The position numbers and the translations under genes are program-made. Shown here in pieces: positions 26,636-35,569 of a stretch of 39,734 bases of DNA. Source of the DNA: ANME-2 cluster archaeon. GTDB taxonomy: Archaea > Halobacteriota > Methanosarcinia > Methanosarcinales > Methanocomedenaceae. The first letter of the stretch is position 1. Every line of letters begins with the position of its first letter. The stretch is from NCBI GenBank assembly GCA_022353185.1, contig JAKRWB010000159.1:1-39734 (forward strand), given 5' to 3'. The notes beneath the pieces are model-generated. The model was not told where the DNA came from, ran no database searches, and saw nothing but the letters and a program-made list of their open reading frames with translations.

Positions 26636-27492
26636 TAAAATGGCTTTTTACTTTGTATTTCTCATTAATTGTTATCAATTTGTTGTCACCTGTATTTTCA
26701 ACAAATTTAAATGTAAGTTATGAAGCCCATATTATAGGCTGGGTTTATGGGCTCATAGTTTCATTTGTTATTTTGTACAATAAATAACTTTATTTAGATA
26801 TGATTATGTGCAGGTTTTGAACCAGTGGGGTATCCACTTAACTCCCGAAACTTCATTTAGGTGGAAGAGTTTAATGATGAATATACCTTCCGTTTTACCA
26901 GAAGGACTTCACGATCGAGGGGGATGTTGTTTTTTCTATCGGCTTTTAGAACAAGCCGTATCAACATACTCAAATCCATACAAATCTATGGTTGCTGGAG
27001 AAAAAAATAAAATCAATAAGGGTTTCCCCTTATTGAATTACATCAGTCACCGTTTTCCCTACTTTTACCTTTTTATCAGGACATATCTCCTGACATTCTT
27101 TAAATAGAGGATTTCCAATGAGATATTCCCGTATCACAGTAAAACTATACTCTGTAACATTCCAGTGGAAATTATAGGGATTATCACAACCCCTGAAAGT
27201 CCTCTTCCATGCCCTGAGTTTCAACTGGTATGCGCAACAGGTGGGAAAATCTGACCCCTTCAAATCGATTTTTTAATTTCCTCCGTACCAAATGGGCACA
27301 TCGCTGATAATCTCGATATAAGAATCAAGCAAAAGTATAAGCCCGCATCAAACATTAAGAGCGCTCAATAACTTTTAAGCGTAAATTAATCTTAACTATC
27401 GTAAGTTGTGCTAATGGCTCTTAATTGTTTTACTATATAACTCAGCGAAGTTACCAAGAAAAAGTCATTAAGCAACTTTTTTTTGAAAAATA

Positions 27493-28701
27493 ATGGAAAG
27501 TTTTAATATGGAAAGTTTCAAAAAATTAGGTATAACGAAGCCTATTTTAAAATCAATAATTGAACAGAGATTTGAAAATCCCACTGAAATACAGGAAAAA
27601 GCCATTCCTTTAATTCTTGCAGGAAACGATGTTATAGCCGGGTCATCTACAGGTTCCGGAAAAACGCTTGCGTTTGCATCAGGTATATTGCAAAATTCTA
27701 TCAAAGGAAATGGTGTCCAGGCTTTGATCCTGACTCCTACCAGGGAACTGGCAGAGCAGGTCGCAAACAGTTTCAGGCTATTTTCAAAATACAAACATTT
27801 AGAGATCGTTGCAGTCTATGGAGGTATGGGTATCAACCCGCAAATCAAGGCATTGAAGACAGCAGATGTTGTTGTAGGCACACCAGGCAGGATGCTTGAC
27901 CATCTCGCAAGAAAAACTATAAAATTGGGTAAAGTAGAAACCCTTGTCCTCGATGAAGCAGACCGTATGTTTGATATGGGATTCAAAAATGATGTGGAAA
28001 AGATCATCAAACAGTGTCCTCCGGACAGGCAGACTCTTTTATTCTCGGCAACAATCTCAAGCGATATTGTCAAACTCTCCAGGAACAGCATGAAAAAACC
28101 GCTTCAGGTCTCTGTTAATCCTTATGTTGACGTGGGTAATCTGGATCAGACATATTACCAGGTCCAGGATGATATGAAATTATCTTTACTGGTGCATCTG
28201 TTGCAGCATGAAAAATCAGACCTGGTAATGGTTTTCTGCAATACTAAAAGAAATACTGACAAAGTTGCAAAGAACCTGAGGGCTTCAAATATTGATGCAC
28301 AGGCTATTCATGGCGGATTGACCCAGGGTAAACGGATTACTGTAATGAAGCAATTCAGTACAGGGAAATCATGTGTCCTTGTATGCACAGATGTAGCTGC
28401 AAGAGGGCTCGATATCGAGGGTATTTCTCATGTTTATAATTATGATGTACCCAGGGAGAGCAATCAGTATATCCACAGGATCGGCAGAACTGCAAGAGCA
28501 GGGGCCAAAGGGAAGGCAATAAGTATCATTTCCAGAAGTGACCAGGGCGATTTTACAAGTATATTGAGAGAAAATAATGTAGAGATAAAGAAAGTGAAAG
28601 TACCTAGCTTTGAGAAGGTCGTGGTGCGAAAACCACATAGAAACATGAATAACGCCATCTCAAGAAATGGTCAGCAACCCAACAGGCACAGGAATCGTTA
28701 A
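27493..28701 (+). CDS. DEAD-box ATP-dependent RNA helicase
   Basis: The 402-aa ORF has the Q motif (F..PTEIQ) and the motifs GSGKT, PTRELA, DEAD, SAT and HRIGRTARAG. The true start may be the second ATGGAAAGTTT at 27508. Confidence 0.93.
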   Translation: MESFNMESFKKLGITKPILKSIIEQRFENPTEIQEKAIPLILAGNDVIAGSSTGSGKTLAFASGILQNSIKGNGVQALILTPTRELAEQVANSFRLFSKYKHLEIVAVYGGMGINPQIKALKTADVVVGTPGRMLDHLARKTIKLGKVETLVLDEADRMFDMGFKNDVEKIIKQCPPDRQTLLFSATISSDIVKLSRNSMKKPLQVSVNPYVDVGNLDQTYYQVQDDMKLSLLVHLLQHEKSDLVMVFCNTKRNTDKVAKNLRASNIDAQAIHGGLTQGKRITVMKQFSTGKSCVLVCTDVAARGLDIEGISHVYNYDVPRESNQYIHRIGRTARAGAKGKAISIISRSDQGDFTSILRENNVEIKKVKVPSFEKVVVRKPHRNMNNAISRNGQQPNRHRNR

Positions 28702-28740
28702 TTTTTGCGTTATTCTATAACTAATGCACGACAAAAAAAT

Positions 28741-28943
28741 CACTTACATCAGTTTTAGTGGGTAAATTTTTTACCCACTACCACTCTTTTTTTACCTTCT
28801 ATATTAATTACAGATAGCAAATGGAATCTACTTACAGAATTCCAGCCTGGATTGTGCATAACTGAAAAACAACAAAAAATTTTTGACTCCCCACCAGCCT
28901 ATTACATCCGAGAGATGAAAGAAGCTTGTCCGAGATAGCTGAC
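28741..28943 (+). repeat. Diverged duplicate of the terminator / RNase P promoter / first ~35 nt of RNase P RNA (copy A)
   Basis: It aligns by eye with 29881-30014: CACTTACATCAGTTTTAGTGGGTAAATTTTTTACCCACTACCACTCTTTTTTT versus CTCACATTAGTTTTGACCGGGTAAAATTTTTACCCAGTACCACTCTTTTTT, then CCCCACCAGCCTATTACATCCGAGAGATGAAAGAAGC..TCCGAGATAGCTGAC versus CCCCACATCCACCTATTACACCCCGAGAGAGGAAGGACGGCCTCCGGGTCAATTGACC. Copy A carries an extra ~65-nt internal segment. Confidence 0.75.
28758..28793 (+). terminator. Hairpin plus oligo-T tract downstream of the DEAD-box helicase gene
   Basis: GTGGGTAAA-TTT-TTTACCCAC forms a 9-bp perfect stem, followed by CTCTTTTTTT. An equivalent hairpin and T-tract lies at 29902-29936. 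Confidence 0.5.
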
Positions 28944-29056
28944 TTTTAATGTCTAAACTACATTATATTGTTCACAATAACTATTTATGTGATAGGATTT
29001 ACAACATTATAAGTAAACATCATCATGATAATAATAACTACATTTATGGTGTGTAT

Positions 29057-29227
29057 ATGACGAAAAAAGAAAAATGTAAGGAACTCATGGCGAAATTCTT
29101 CGGCCCTGCAAGTGCTGCAACCGTTGATAATTTAAGTGAGGATGAATGTGTTCAAAAATGCAGGGCTAAAGTTTTTGCATTTTTGGGTGAAGAACAAGCA
29201 AAAGAATTTGATAAAATATGGGGGTGA
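29057..29227 (+). CDS. Small soluble hypothetical protein (56 aa from the SD-preceded ATG)
   Basis: GGTG lies 5 nt upstream of the ATG at 29057. The protein reads MTKKEKCKELMAKFFGPASAATVDNLSEDECVQKCRAKVFAFLGEEQAKEFDKIWG. The longer track ORF (from 28949) begins in His/Asn-rich junk. Confidence 0.5.
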   Translation: MTKKEKCKELMAKFFGPASAATVDNLSEDECVQKCRAKVFAFLGEEQAKEFDKIWG

Positions 29228-29233
29228 AAAAAA

Positions 29234-29563
29234 ATGGTAATAGAACTACTAAACTACCAAACAAGCATGTTAAATCCAATACTTAAGTTGTTAGCCCCCT
29301 TACTTTATGTAATTGCTTTGATACTTTTCTTTAAGGCAAGTAAAGCATATGGTGGTGAGTTTAAGAAAGGACTTAATTTTTTAATGATAAGCTTAATTCT
29401 TGGAATTGCAGCTTTTACCTTTGGATTTTTAGGGGATATAATAACACTCGATTTCAAATGGGGCGAATCATTATTCTTCCTGGCATTTGCCATTATGAAT
29501 TTGTTTGTTGCTGCAAAATTCTTGAAATATGTTGAAGAGGTGAATGAAGATGTTAGATTTTAA
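29234..29563 (+). CDS. Small membrane protein (3 predicted TM segments), paralogue 1
   Basis: The 109-aa ORF has a GGGGTGA Shine-Dalgarno-like sequence upstream. It is similar in length, N-terminus (LNYQTSMLNP versus FNYDTSIFNP) and hydrophobic layout to the next ORF. Confidence 0.6.
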   Translation: MVIELLNYQTSMLNPILKLLAPLLYVIALILFFKASKAYGGEFKKGLNFLMISLILGIAAFTFGFLGDIITLDFKWGESLFFLAFAIMNLFVAAKFLKYVEEVNEDVRF

Positions 29564-29873
29564 TTACGATACTAGCATATTCAATCCTGCCTTAAAAATA
29601 GACATTGCATTAATATATATATTTGTAATTTTACTTTATTACAAAGCATATAAGGCATTCGAAGGAGCACTGAATAAAGATTTACTTAAAATTCTTTTAT
29701 TTGTGGGTGTCTTCGGATTTCTCAGTGCTCTTACCAGTTGTTTTGGTCATGGAACTGAATTCGGATTTAATGATGAATTTAGTTTAAAGTGGTTTGAAAG
29801 TTTATTTTATATTGTCCAGGCAAGTCTCTTCATATATGGTGGTTACAAGTTGAACATGAGTACGAAAAAGTAA
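29544..29873 (+). CDS. Small membrane protein, paralogue 2 (start overlaps the previous gene by 20 nt)
   Basis: The 109-aa ORF has GGTGA upstream of its start. It is a paralogue of 29234-29563. Confidence 0.6.
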   Translation: MKMLDFNYDTSIFNPALKIDIALIYIFVILLYYKAYKAFEGALNKDLLKILLFVGVFGFLSALTSCFGHGTEFGFNDEFSLKWFESLFYIVQASLFIYGGYKLNMSTKK

Positions 29874-29880
29874 ATTTTTT

Positions 29881-30014
29881 CAACTCACATTAGTTTTGAC
29901 CGGGTAAAATTTTTACCCAGTACCACTCTTTTTTCTTTCCAACAACAAACCTTATACCCCACATCCACCTATTACACCCCGAGAGAGGAAGGACGGCCTC
30001 CGGGTCAATTGACC
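29881..30014 (+). repeat. Copy B of the duplicated terminator / RNase P promoter / RNase P 5' segment (the copy joined to the intact gene)
   Basis: See copy A. It contains a TATA-like CTTATA at 29951-29956, about 25 nt upstream of the inferred RNase P RNA 5' end. Confidence 0.75.
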
Positions 30015-30365
30015 TGAGGAAAGTCCCCCCACCACCCGGACACACGAACGCCTGTAATGGGCGTAGGATGAGAGTCTTGGCAGCTGCCGTGCGCAAAACC
30101 GGCGGCTCACGGTCTGGCGTAATGCCGGGCCGCATGATGGCACAGAAACGATACCGTACCGCGTTAATGCAATGATACCGCAAGGTTGAGGTCGCGCGGA
30201 TAAGCGGATGGAACGCGTGAATCCTCGTGGGTGCAAGCCAAACAGGGACCATACGGCCTGTCCGGGGCCGGTCCGGAGTTGGCGCTTAGCCGAATGCCGT
30301 TATATGGCGGACCACATCCCAAGGGAAGTGCCGCTAAAACAGAAGGGGGCTTACTATCCTCACTC
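29981..30365 (+). ncRNA. rnpB: RNase P RNA (archaeal type A)
   Basis: The universal CR-I GAGGAAAGTCC lies at 30016-30026. ACAGAAA is internal. CR-V AACAGAAGGGGGCTTAC lies at about 30338-30354. The P3 hairpin is CCTCCGGGTC-AATT-GACCTGAGG. The terminal helix pairs GAGAGAGGA (29981-29989) with TCCTCACTC (30357-30365). The region is GC-rich relative to its flanks and has no plausible CDS. The ends are approximate. Confidence 0.88.
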
Positions 30366-30481
30366 ATTCGCCTAATCATTCATTTCCTTCCTTATTTCTC
30401 CGCTTATCTACCCATTATAGTGAAAAACCAAACAATGTTGATTAATTTAATGCACATTCCAACGAGTGATGAGTAATAAAC

Positions 30482-30580
30482 CACAGAGGACACGGAGGAC
30501 ACAGAGGACACGGAGGACACAGAGGACACAGAGGACACAGAGGACACAGAGGACACAGAGGACACAGAGGACACAGAGGA
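30482..30580 (+). repeat. 9-bp tandem repeat, 11 units (CACAGAGGA / CACGGAGGA)
   Basis: Counted directly, there are 9 units of CACAGAGGA and 2 of CACGGAGGA. After a ~17-nt spacer come three degenerate inverted units (30598-30632, GTGTCCCTCTGTGCTCTCAGTGTACTCTGTGG). Confidence 0.95.
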
Positions 30581-30761
30581 GTAAAACAGATACAAGCTTT
30601 GTGTCCCTCTGTGCTCTCAGTGTACTCTGTGGTTAAATTATAATTGTCTGAAAAACAGAGTGTTAAGAAATTAGTATCGATGATTTCTATTGAAGTCATC
30701 TATCGATGATTTTTGTCAAAGTCAGGTAATAATATACAATCATAGAGACCGAAAACCAAAA

Positions 30762-30965
30762 ATGGAATACGATAAAAAGATATTAGGATTAGAATACATA
30801 ACAGATAATATCAAAGTCTTGAGATTTAAAAGAGTTGCTGTGAGAGATTATATTTTTCTTATGCAAAAAGAACATGAGAAATTGTTTGATGAAACATTCA
30901 ATAAGTTGATAAATAAACCATATAGCTTTTTATTTGAGATTTATGACTCAACTTCAACAGATTGA
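30762..30965 (+). CDS. Hypothetical small protein (67 aa)
   Basis: This is the internal Met of track ORF 30690-30965. I recognise no family. It lies in an AT-rich region, and two 24-bp direct repeats sit upstream. Confidence 0.3.
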   Translation: MEYDKKILGLEYITDNIKVLRFKRVAVRDYIFLMQKEHEKLFDETFNKLINKPYSFLFEIYDSTSTD

Positions 30966-31033
30966 ATTGATTTACACAGTCTGTATTAGGCTGTAAAAAT
31001 TTTACAAAATGAAACAAAAAAAGTAAAAAAGAG

Positions 31034-32674
<1,641 letters not shown>

Positions 32675-32947
32675 CTACTCTATTTTTGCGATTATGTCTT
32701 TCTGGTCAAGGACGATGTACTTTTCACCGTCAATGTCCATCTCATCAAAACTGTACCCTGAATAGAGAATGGTATCTCCCTTCTTGATGGGGCATTCTTT
32801 AGCATCCATTGATGCGCTTGTTTCTACTACGATGCCCTGTTTTTTCTTTTCCTTGGCAGTTTCAGGGATGTATATCCCGCTCGCAGTCTTCTCGTCTTCT
32901 TTGATCGGTTTGATTAAAACTCTCTTACCTAATGGTACTATTTTCAT
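32675..32947 (-). CDS. groS: Co-chaperonin GroES (Cpn10)
   Basis: The 90-aa ORF reads MKIVPLGKRVLIKP...TASGIYIPETAKEK...G.VV, the typical GroES pattern. It lies immediately upstream of groEL. Confidence 0.93.
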   Translation of the reverse strand: MKIVPLGKRVLIKPIKEDEKTASGIYIPETAKEKKKQGIVVETSASMDAKECPIKKGDTILYSGYSFDEMDIDGEKYIVLDQKDIIAKIE

Positions 32948-33059
32948 GTCATTACCCCTATACAGATTTAAAAATTGTTTCTGTCAATGAAGTATCTTAA
33001 TTGTTTGCAGTTCTATAAAAGCATTTCGCTTCAAGCCTGTTTGAGAGGCTTTATGCAAA

Positions 33060-33434
33060 GTGATATGTATGAGTGGGAAGGGAAATATTCAGGCATTTAA
33101 GCCGGGTGAAGAATATATGGGACATGATGCAATCCTCCAGGTACGGGCCGACCGCCATATGACCGAAGATGAGACCAGGTCGGTACATAATATTGTCGAC
33201 AAATACTGCAGCGGCGTAGACTACGAGTATCTTGATATCAAGCGGGGGATTGATGTTTATATCACCAATGTGGCCAGTGCCAGGCATGCGGCTGCCAGGA
33301 TAATGAAAGTGCTGGGGGGCAGCAAGAAGGAGAGTTCGAAGTATTTGCGGGTGCAGGGGGGTAGGGTGTTGTACCAGTTTACGGTACGGGTGAAGCTGCC
33401 GAAGGAGGCTTCGGGGGGGAGGTATGGGTTTTGA
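33060..33434 (+). CDS. Small NMD3-family-like protein
   Basis: The 124-aa ORF contains AILQVRAD, RGIDVYITNVASARHAAARIMKVLGG and LYQFTVRVKLP, which resemble the NMD3 N-terminal domain (COG1499) as remembered. Its last ~157 nt are duplicated at 34119-34275. Confidence 0.6.
   Translation: MICMSGKGNIQAFKPGEEYMGHDAILQVRADRHMTEDETRSVHNIVDKYCSGVDYEYLDIKRGIDVYITNVASARHAAARIMKVLGGSKKESSKYLRVQGGRVLYQFTVRVKLPKEASGGRYGF
33275..33432 (+). repeat. Direct repeat copy 1 (3' end of the NMD3-like gene)
   Basis: It is near-identical to 34119-34275. By eye there are two single-base differences plus a short indel-containing patch near the 3' end. Confidence 0.9.
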
Positions 33435-33480
33435 TTCCAGGTGTCTGTGGCTATGACCGATTCATCAGGAATTCATAAAT

Positions 33481-33496
33481 ATATGTTTAAACATAT
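33481..33496. promoter_or_regulatory. Perfect 16-bp palindrome ATATGTTTAAACATAT just upstream of vapB (candidate operator)
   Basis: The sequence is its own reverse complement and ends 8 nt before the vapB ATG. TA promoters are typically autoregulated through such palindromes. Confidence 0.5.
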
Positions 33497-33504
33497 GTTT
33501 AACT

Positions 33505-33720
33505 ATGACCACCAAAACAATCACTATCAGGGAAGATGTGTACAACATGCTCTTGTCAATCAAGGGAACCAAGGAAAGTTTCAGCAAGTTTTTTGAGAGA
33601 ATGGTTATATCCCGGCGCAATGTGGATAAATTGAAGGAACTGCGTGGTTTTGTTGAGGTCAAAGAAAAAGATACCCTGTTGAAAGAGTTGTCAGAAAAAA
33701 GAAAGGAGATACGATATTGA
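33505..33720 (+). CDS. vapB: VapB-type antitoxin (archaeal putative-antitoxin family, PF02697-like)
   Basis: The 71-aa ORF begins MTTKTITIREDVYNMLLSIKGTKESFSKFFERMV, matching the KTI.I.E.VY..L...K...ESFS pattern. It overlaps the PIN gene by 4 nt. Confidence 0.8.
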   Translation: MTTKTITIREDVYNMLLSIKGTKESFSKFFERMVISRRNVDKLKELRGFVEVKEKDTLLKELSEKRKEIRY

Positions 33721-34094
33721 TTCTTGTTGATACTGATGTCCTTATCGAAATATTTGACAGAAATTCGGAAAAAGGCGACAAGGCATTGAAGAAGATAGAG
33801 GAGACAGGAGAAGATATCACTACCACTTCTTTGAATCTGCATGAGATCCTGTACGGTTTGCATAAATATACCGACCATGCAAAACTCGAAAGGATACTTG
33901 TGCTTGACGCTGTTGAGTTCACAAAGGATGATGCAGTTCTTTCCTCAAAACTTGAAGTAGAAACAGAGAAAAAGGGGCAGAAGGTTCCCAGGTTCGATGC
34001 CATGATTGCGGCGGTTGCAATAAACCGGGGATTTAAGTTGTTTACTTTTAATGAGAAGCATTTTAAGGTATTCAGTGATTTGACGCTGGTTTGA
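33717..34094 (+). CDS. vapC: PIN-domain toxin VapC
   Basis: The 125-aa ORF has a TTG start. ILVDTDVLIE carries the first acidic residue, followed by a conserved E in LHEILYGL and FDAMIAAVAI carrying the third acidic residue. Confidence 0.85.
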   Translation: MILVDTDVLIEIFDRNSEKGDKALKKIEETGEDITTTSLNLHEILYGLHKYTDHAKLERILVLDAVEFTKDDAVLSSKLEVETEKKGQKVPRFDAMIAAVAINRGFKLFTFNEKHFKVFSDLTLV

Positions 34095-34118
34095 TTGGAT
34101 TTCTTTTCATTCACTCAA

Positions 34119-34350
34119 CAGTGCCAGGCATGCGGCTGCCAGGATAATGAAGGTGCTGGGGGGCAGCAAGAAGGAGAGTTCGAAGTATTTGCGGGTGCAG
34201 GGGGGTAGGGTGTTGTACCGGTTTACGGTACGGGTGAAGCTGCCGAAGGAGGCTTCGGGAGGAGATATGGGTTTTAGATATGTTTCTATTAATGCCAGAT
34301 ATGCGATATTTTCATCTTATTATGCAGATATTTTTACATGGGATTTTTAA
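34119..34350 (+). pseudogene. Orphan duplicated 3' fragment of the NMD3-like gene (direct repeat copy 2 plus its divergent tail)
   Basis: It encodes ..MKVLGGSKKESSKYLRVQGGRVLYRFTVRVKLPKEASGG.., nearly identical to the C-terminus of 33060-33434, but it lacks the rest of the gene. Confidence 0.8.
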
Positions 34351-34361
34351 TAGATCCTTCT

Positions 34362-34916
34362 TCACCTGACTAATAAATTTTTGATCAATAAGATAAATCC
34401 AGACAATATAGGTGTTAAGATCATTATCATAACCGCAGCTATGATACCCCACAATAATGTCGAGGTATAGAATGAGTAGATAATAATGGGTATTGAAATG
34501 ATCATTGCCAAAACCAGATCACGTTTTGAAATAATTACTATCTTGTTCTGGGTATTGGTATTTTTTTTGCCAAGGATCTCTACATTACTGAATTCAAGGT
34601 CATTTAACACTATTGAGCGAAATTGTCCTTTGCTAAAAAAATTCAAAACCAATATCACAGTTCCTAATAAAAGAACCATAAAAATCAATAATATAAGTAC
34701 AACGATGATGCCCCAGATGAGCATCCCCATTTGAAACGAGTAACTTATGATTTGGAAAGAAATTATGAATGTTAATGATGCGAGGATCATGGCTATAGTA
34801 ACAACCAAATCTTTTGCAGTCTTTTCTTTCAAATCAATACTCCCTGGTTTAATGGTCTGGTTTTTCTGTGGTGAAGCAGAGTGATCAATTATCCCTTTGT
34901 GTTCTTTATCCGACAC
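34362..34916 (-). CDS. Hypothetical integral membrane protein
   Basis: The 184-aa ORF has four long hydrophobic segments. I recognise no family. Confidence 0.55.
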   Translation of the reverse strand: MSDKEHKGIIDHSASPQKNQTIKPGSIDLKEKTAKDLVVTIAMILASLTFIISFQIISYSFQMGMLIWGIIVVLILLIFMVLLLGTVILVLNFFSKGQFRSIVLNDLEFSNVEILGKKNTNTQNKIVIISKRDLVLAMIISIPIIIYSFYTSTLLWGIIAAVMIMILTPILSGFILLIKNLLVR

Positions 34917-34958
34917 TTTCGTATTCCTATGATTCAGTTCACTTCTATGATGGGATTA

Positions 34959-35459
34959 CTATTCAATACCAGAATTGTCATAGTACATGTGTATTAATGA
35001 ATATCCTTTACCTTCCGGACTTTCAATGGTTATGCTCAGGTGGGGTGAACAAATTTCATCATCACAATCAGATTTTATATATTCAAGTTGTCTGAAGAAT
35101 ATCCGCTGATCATTATCTTTGTTGACTATTGCATCTTGATATTTTAACTTCCAATCATATTTCGGCATCTCGTTCAAATAGAACTGGCTCACTTTCTCAA
35201 TGTCATCTACTGTGTAGTACGTAATTTGGATGTTCATCCCATAACCAGATACTTCTCCGAACATCATTTTATGATATTCAGTCCTAATACTTGGCTCATA
35301 TTTGGGTACGTCAGACAGTTCCTCCCCCATGACCTCTTCTGTTTGCGGGTCGTCATAATATGATTCATAATAATCATCCCCACCCGGGTAGAACATGCAC
35401 CCGCTGATGAGTACCGATACTAATGTTATAATAAAGAACATACCTGTATTTATTTTCAT
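34959..35459 (-). CDS. Hypothetical lipoprotein-like secreted protein
   Basis: The signal peptide MKINTGMFFIITLVSVLISGC has a lipobox-like LISGC. The mature part is acidic and Tyr-rich. Confidence 0.55.
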   Translation of the reverse strand: MKINTGMFFIITLVSVLISGCMFYPGGDDYYESYYDDPQTEEVMGEELSDVPKYEPSIRTEYHKMMFGEVSGYGMNIQITYYTVDDIEKVSQFYLNEMPKYDWKLKYQDAIVNKDNDQRIFFRQLEYIKSDCDDEICSPHLSITIESPEGKGYSLIHMYYDNSGIE

Positions 35460-35569
35460 GATTGAAAACCCCAACCTGAATATATTAAATAAACATAATA
35501 AATCTTGCTAATTGTTGCATTAAATAATAATCTGAAAAGGAGGAAGAAATAAAATCCCTGGTTCTGCCT

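Noticed and set aside
27493-27525. The direct repeat ATGGAAAGTTT x2 at the DEAD-box helicase start, considered as a regulatory duplication.
   Set aside because: It is only 11 nt, in frame, and simply gives two alternative Met starts 5 codons apart. This is not enough to claim a function.
30482-30580. A possible CRISPR array.
   Set aside because: The units are 9 bp and directly abutting, with no spacers. There are no cas genes in the window. It is a minisatellite, not a CRISPR.
30404-30699. ORFs 30404-30595 and 30442-30699, which encode (SVS)n and (CPL)n repeats.
   Set aside because: They are translation artefacts of the 9-bp tandem DNA repeat. Both are antisense to the RNase P flank and have no start context.
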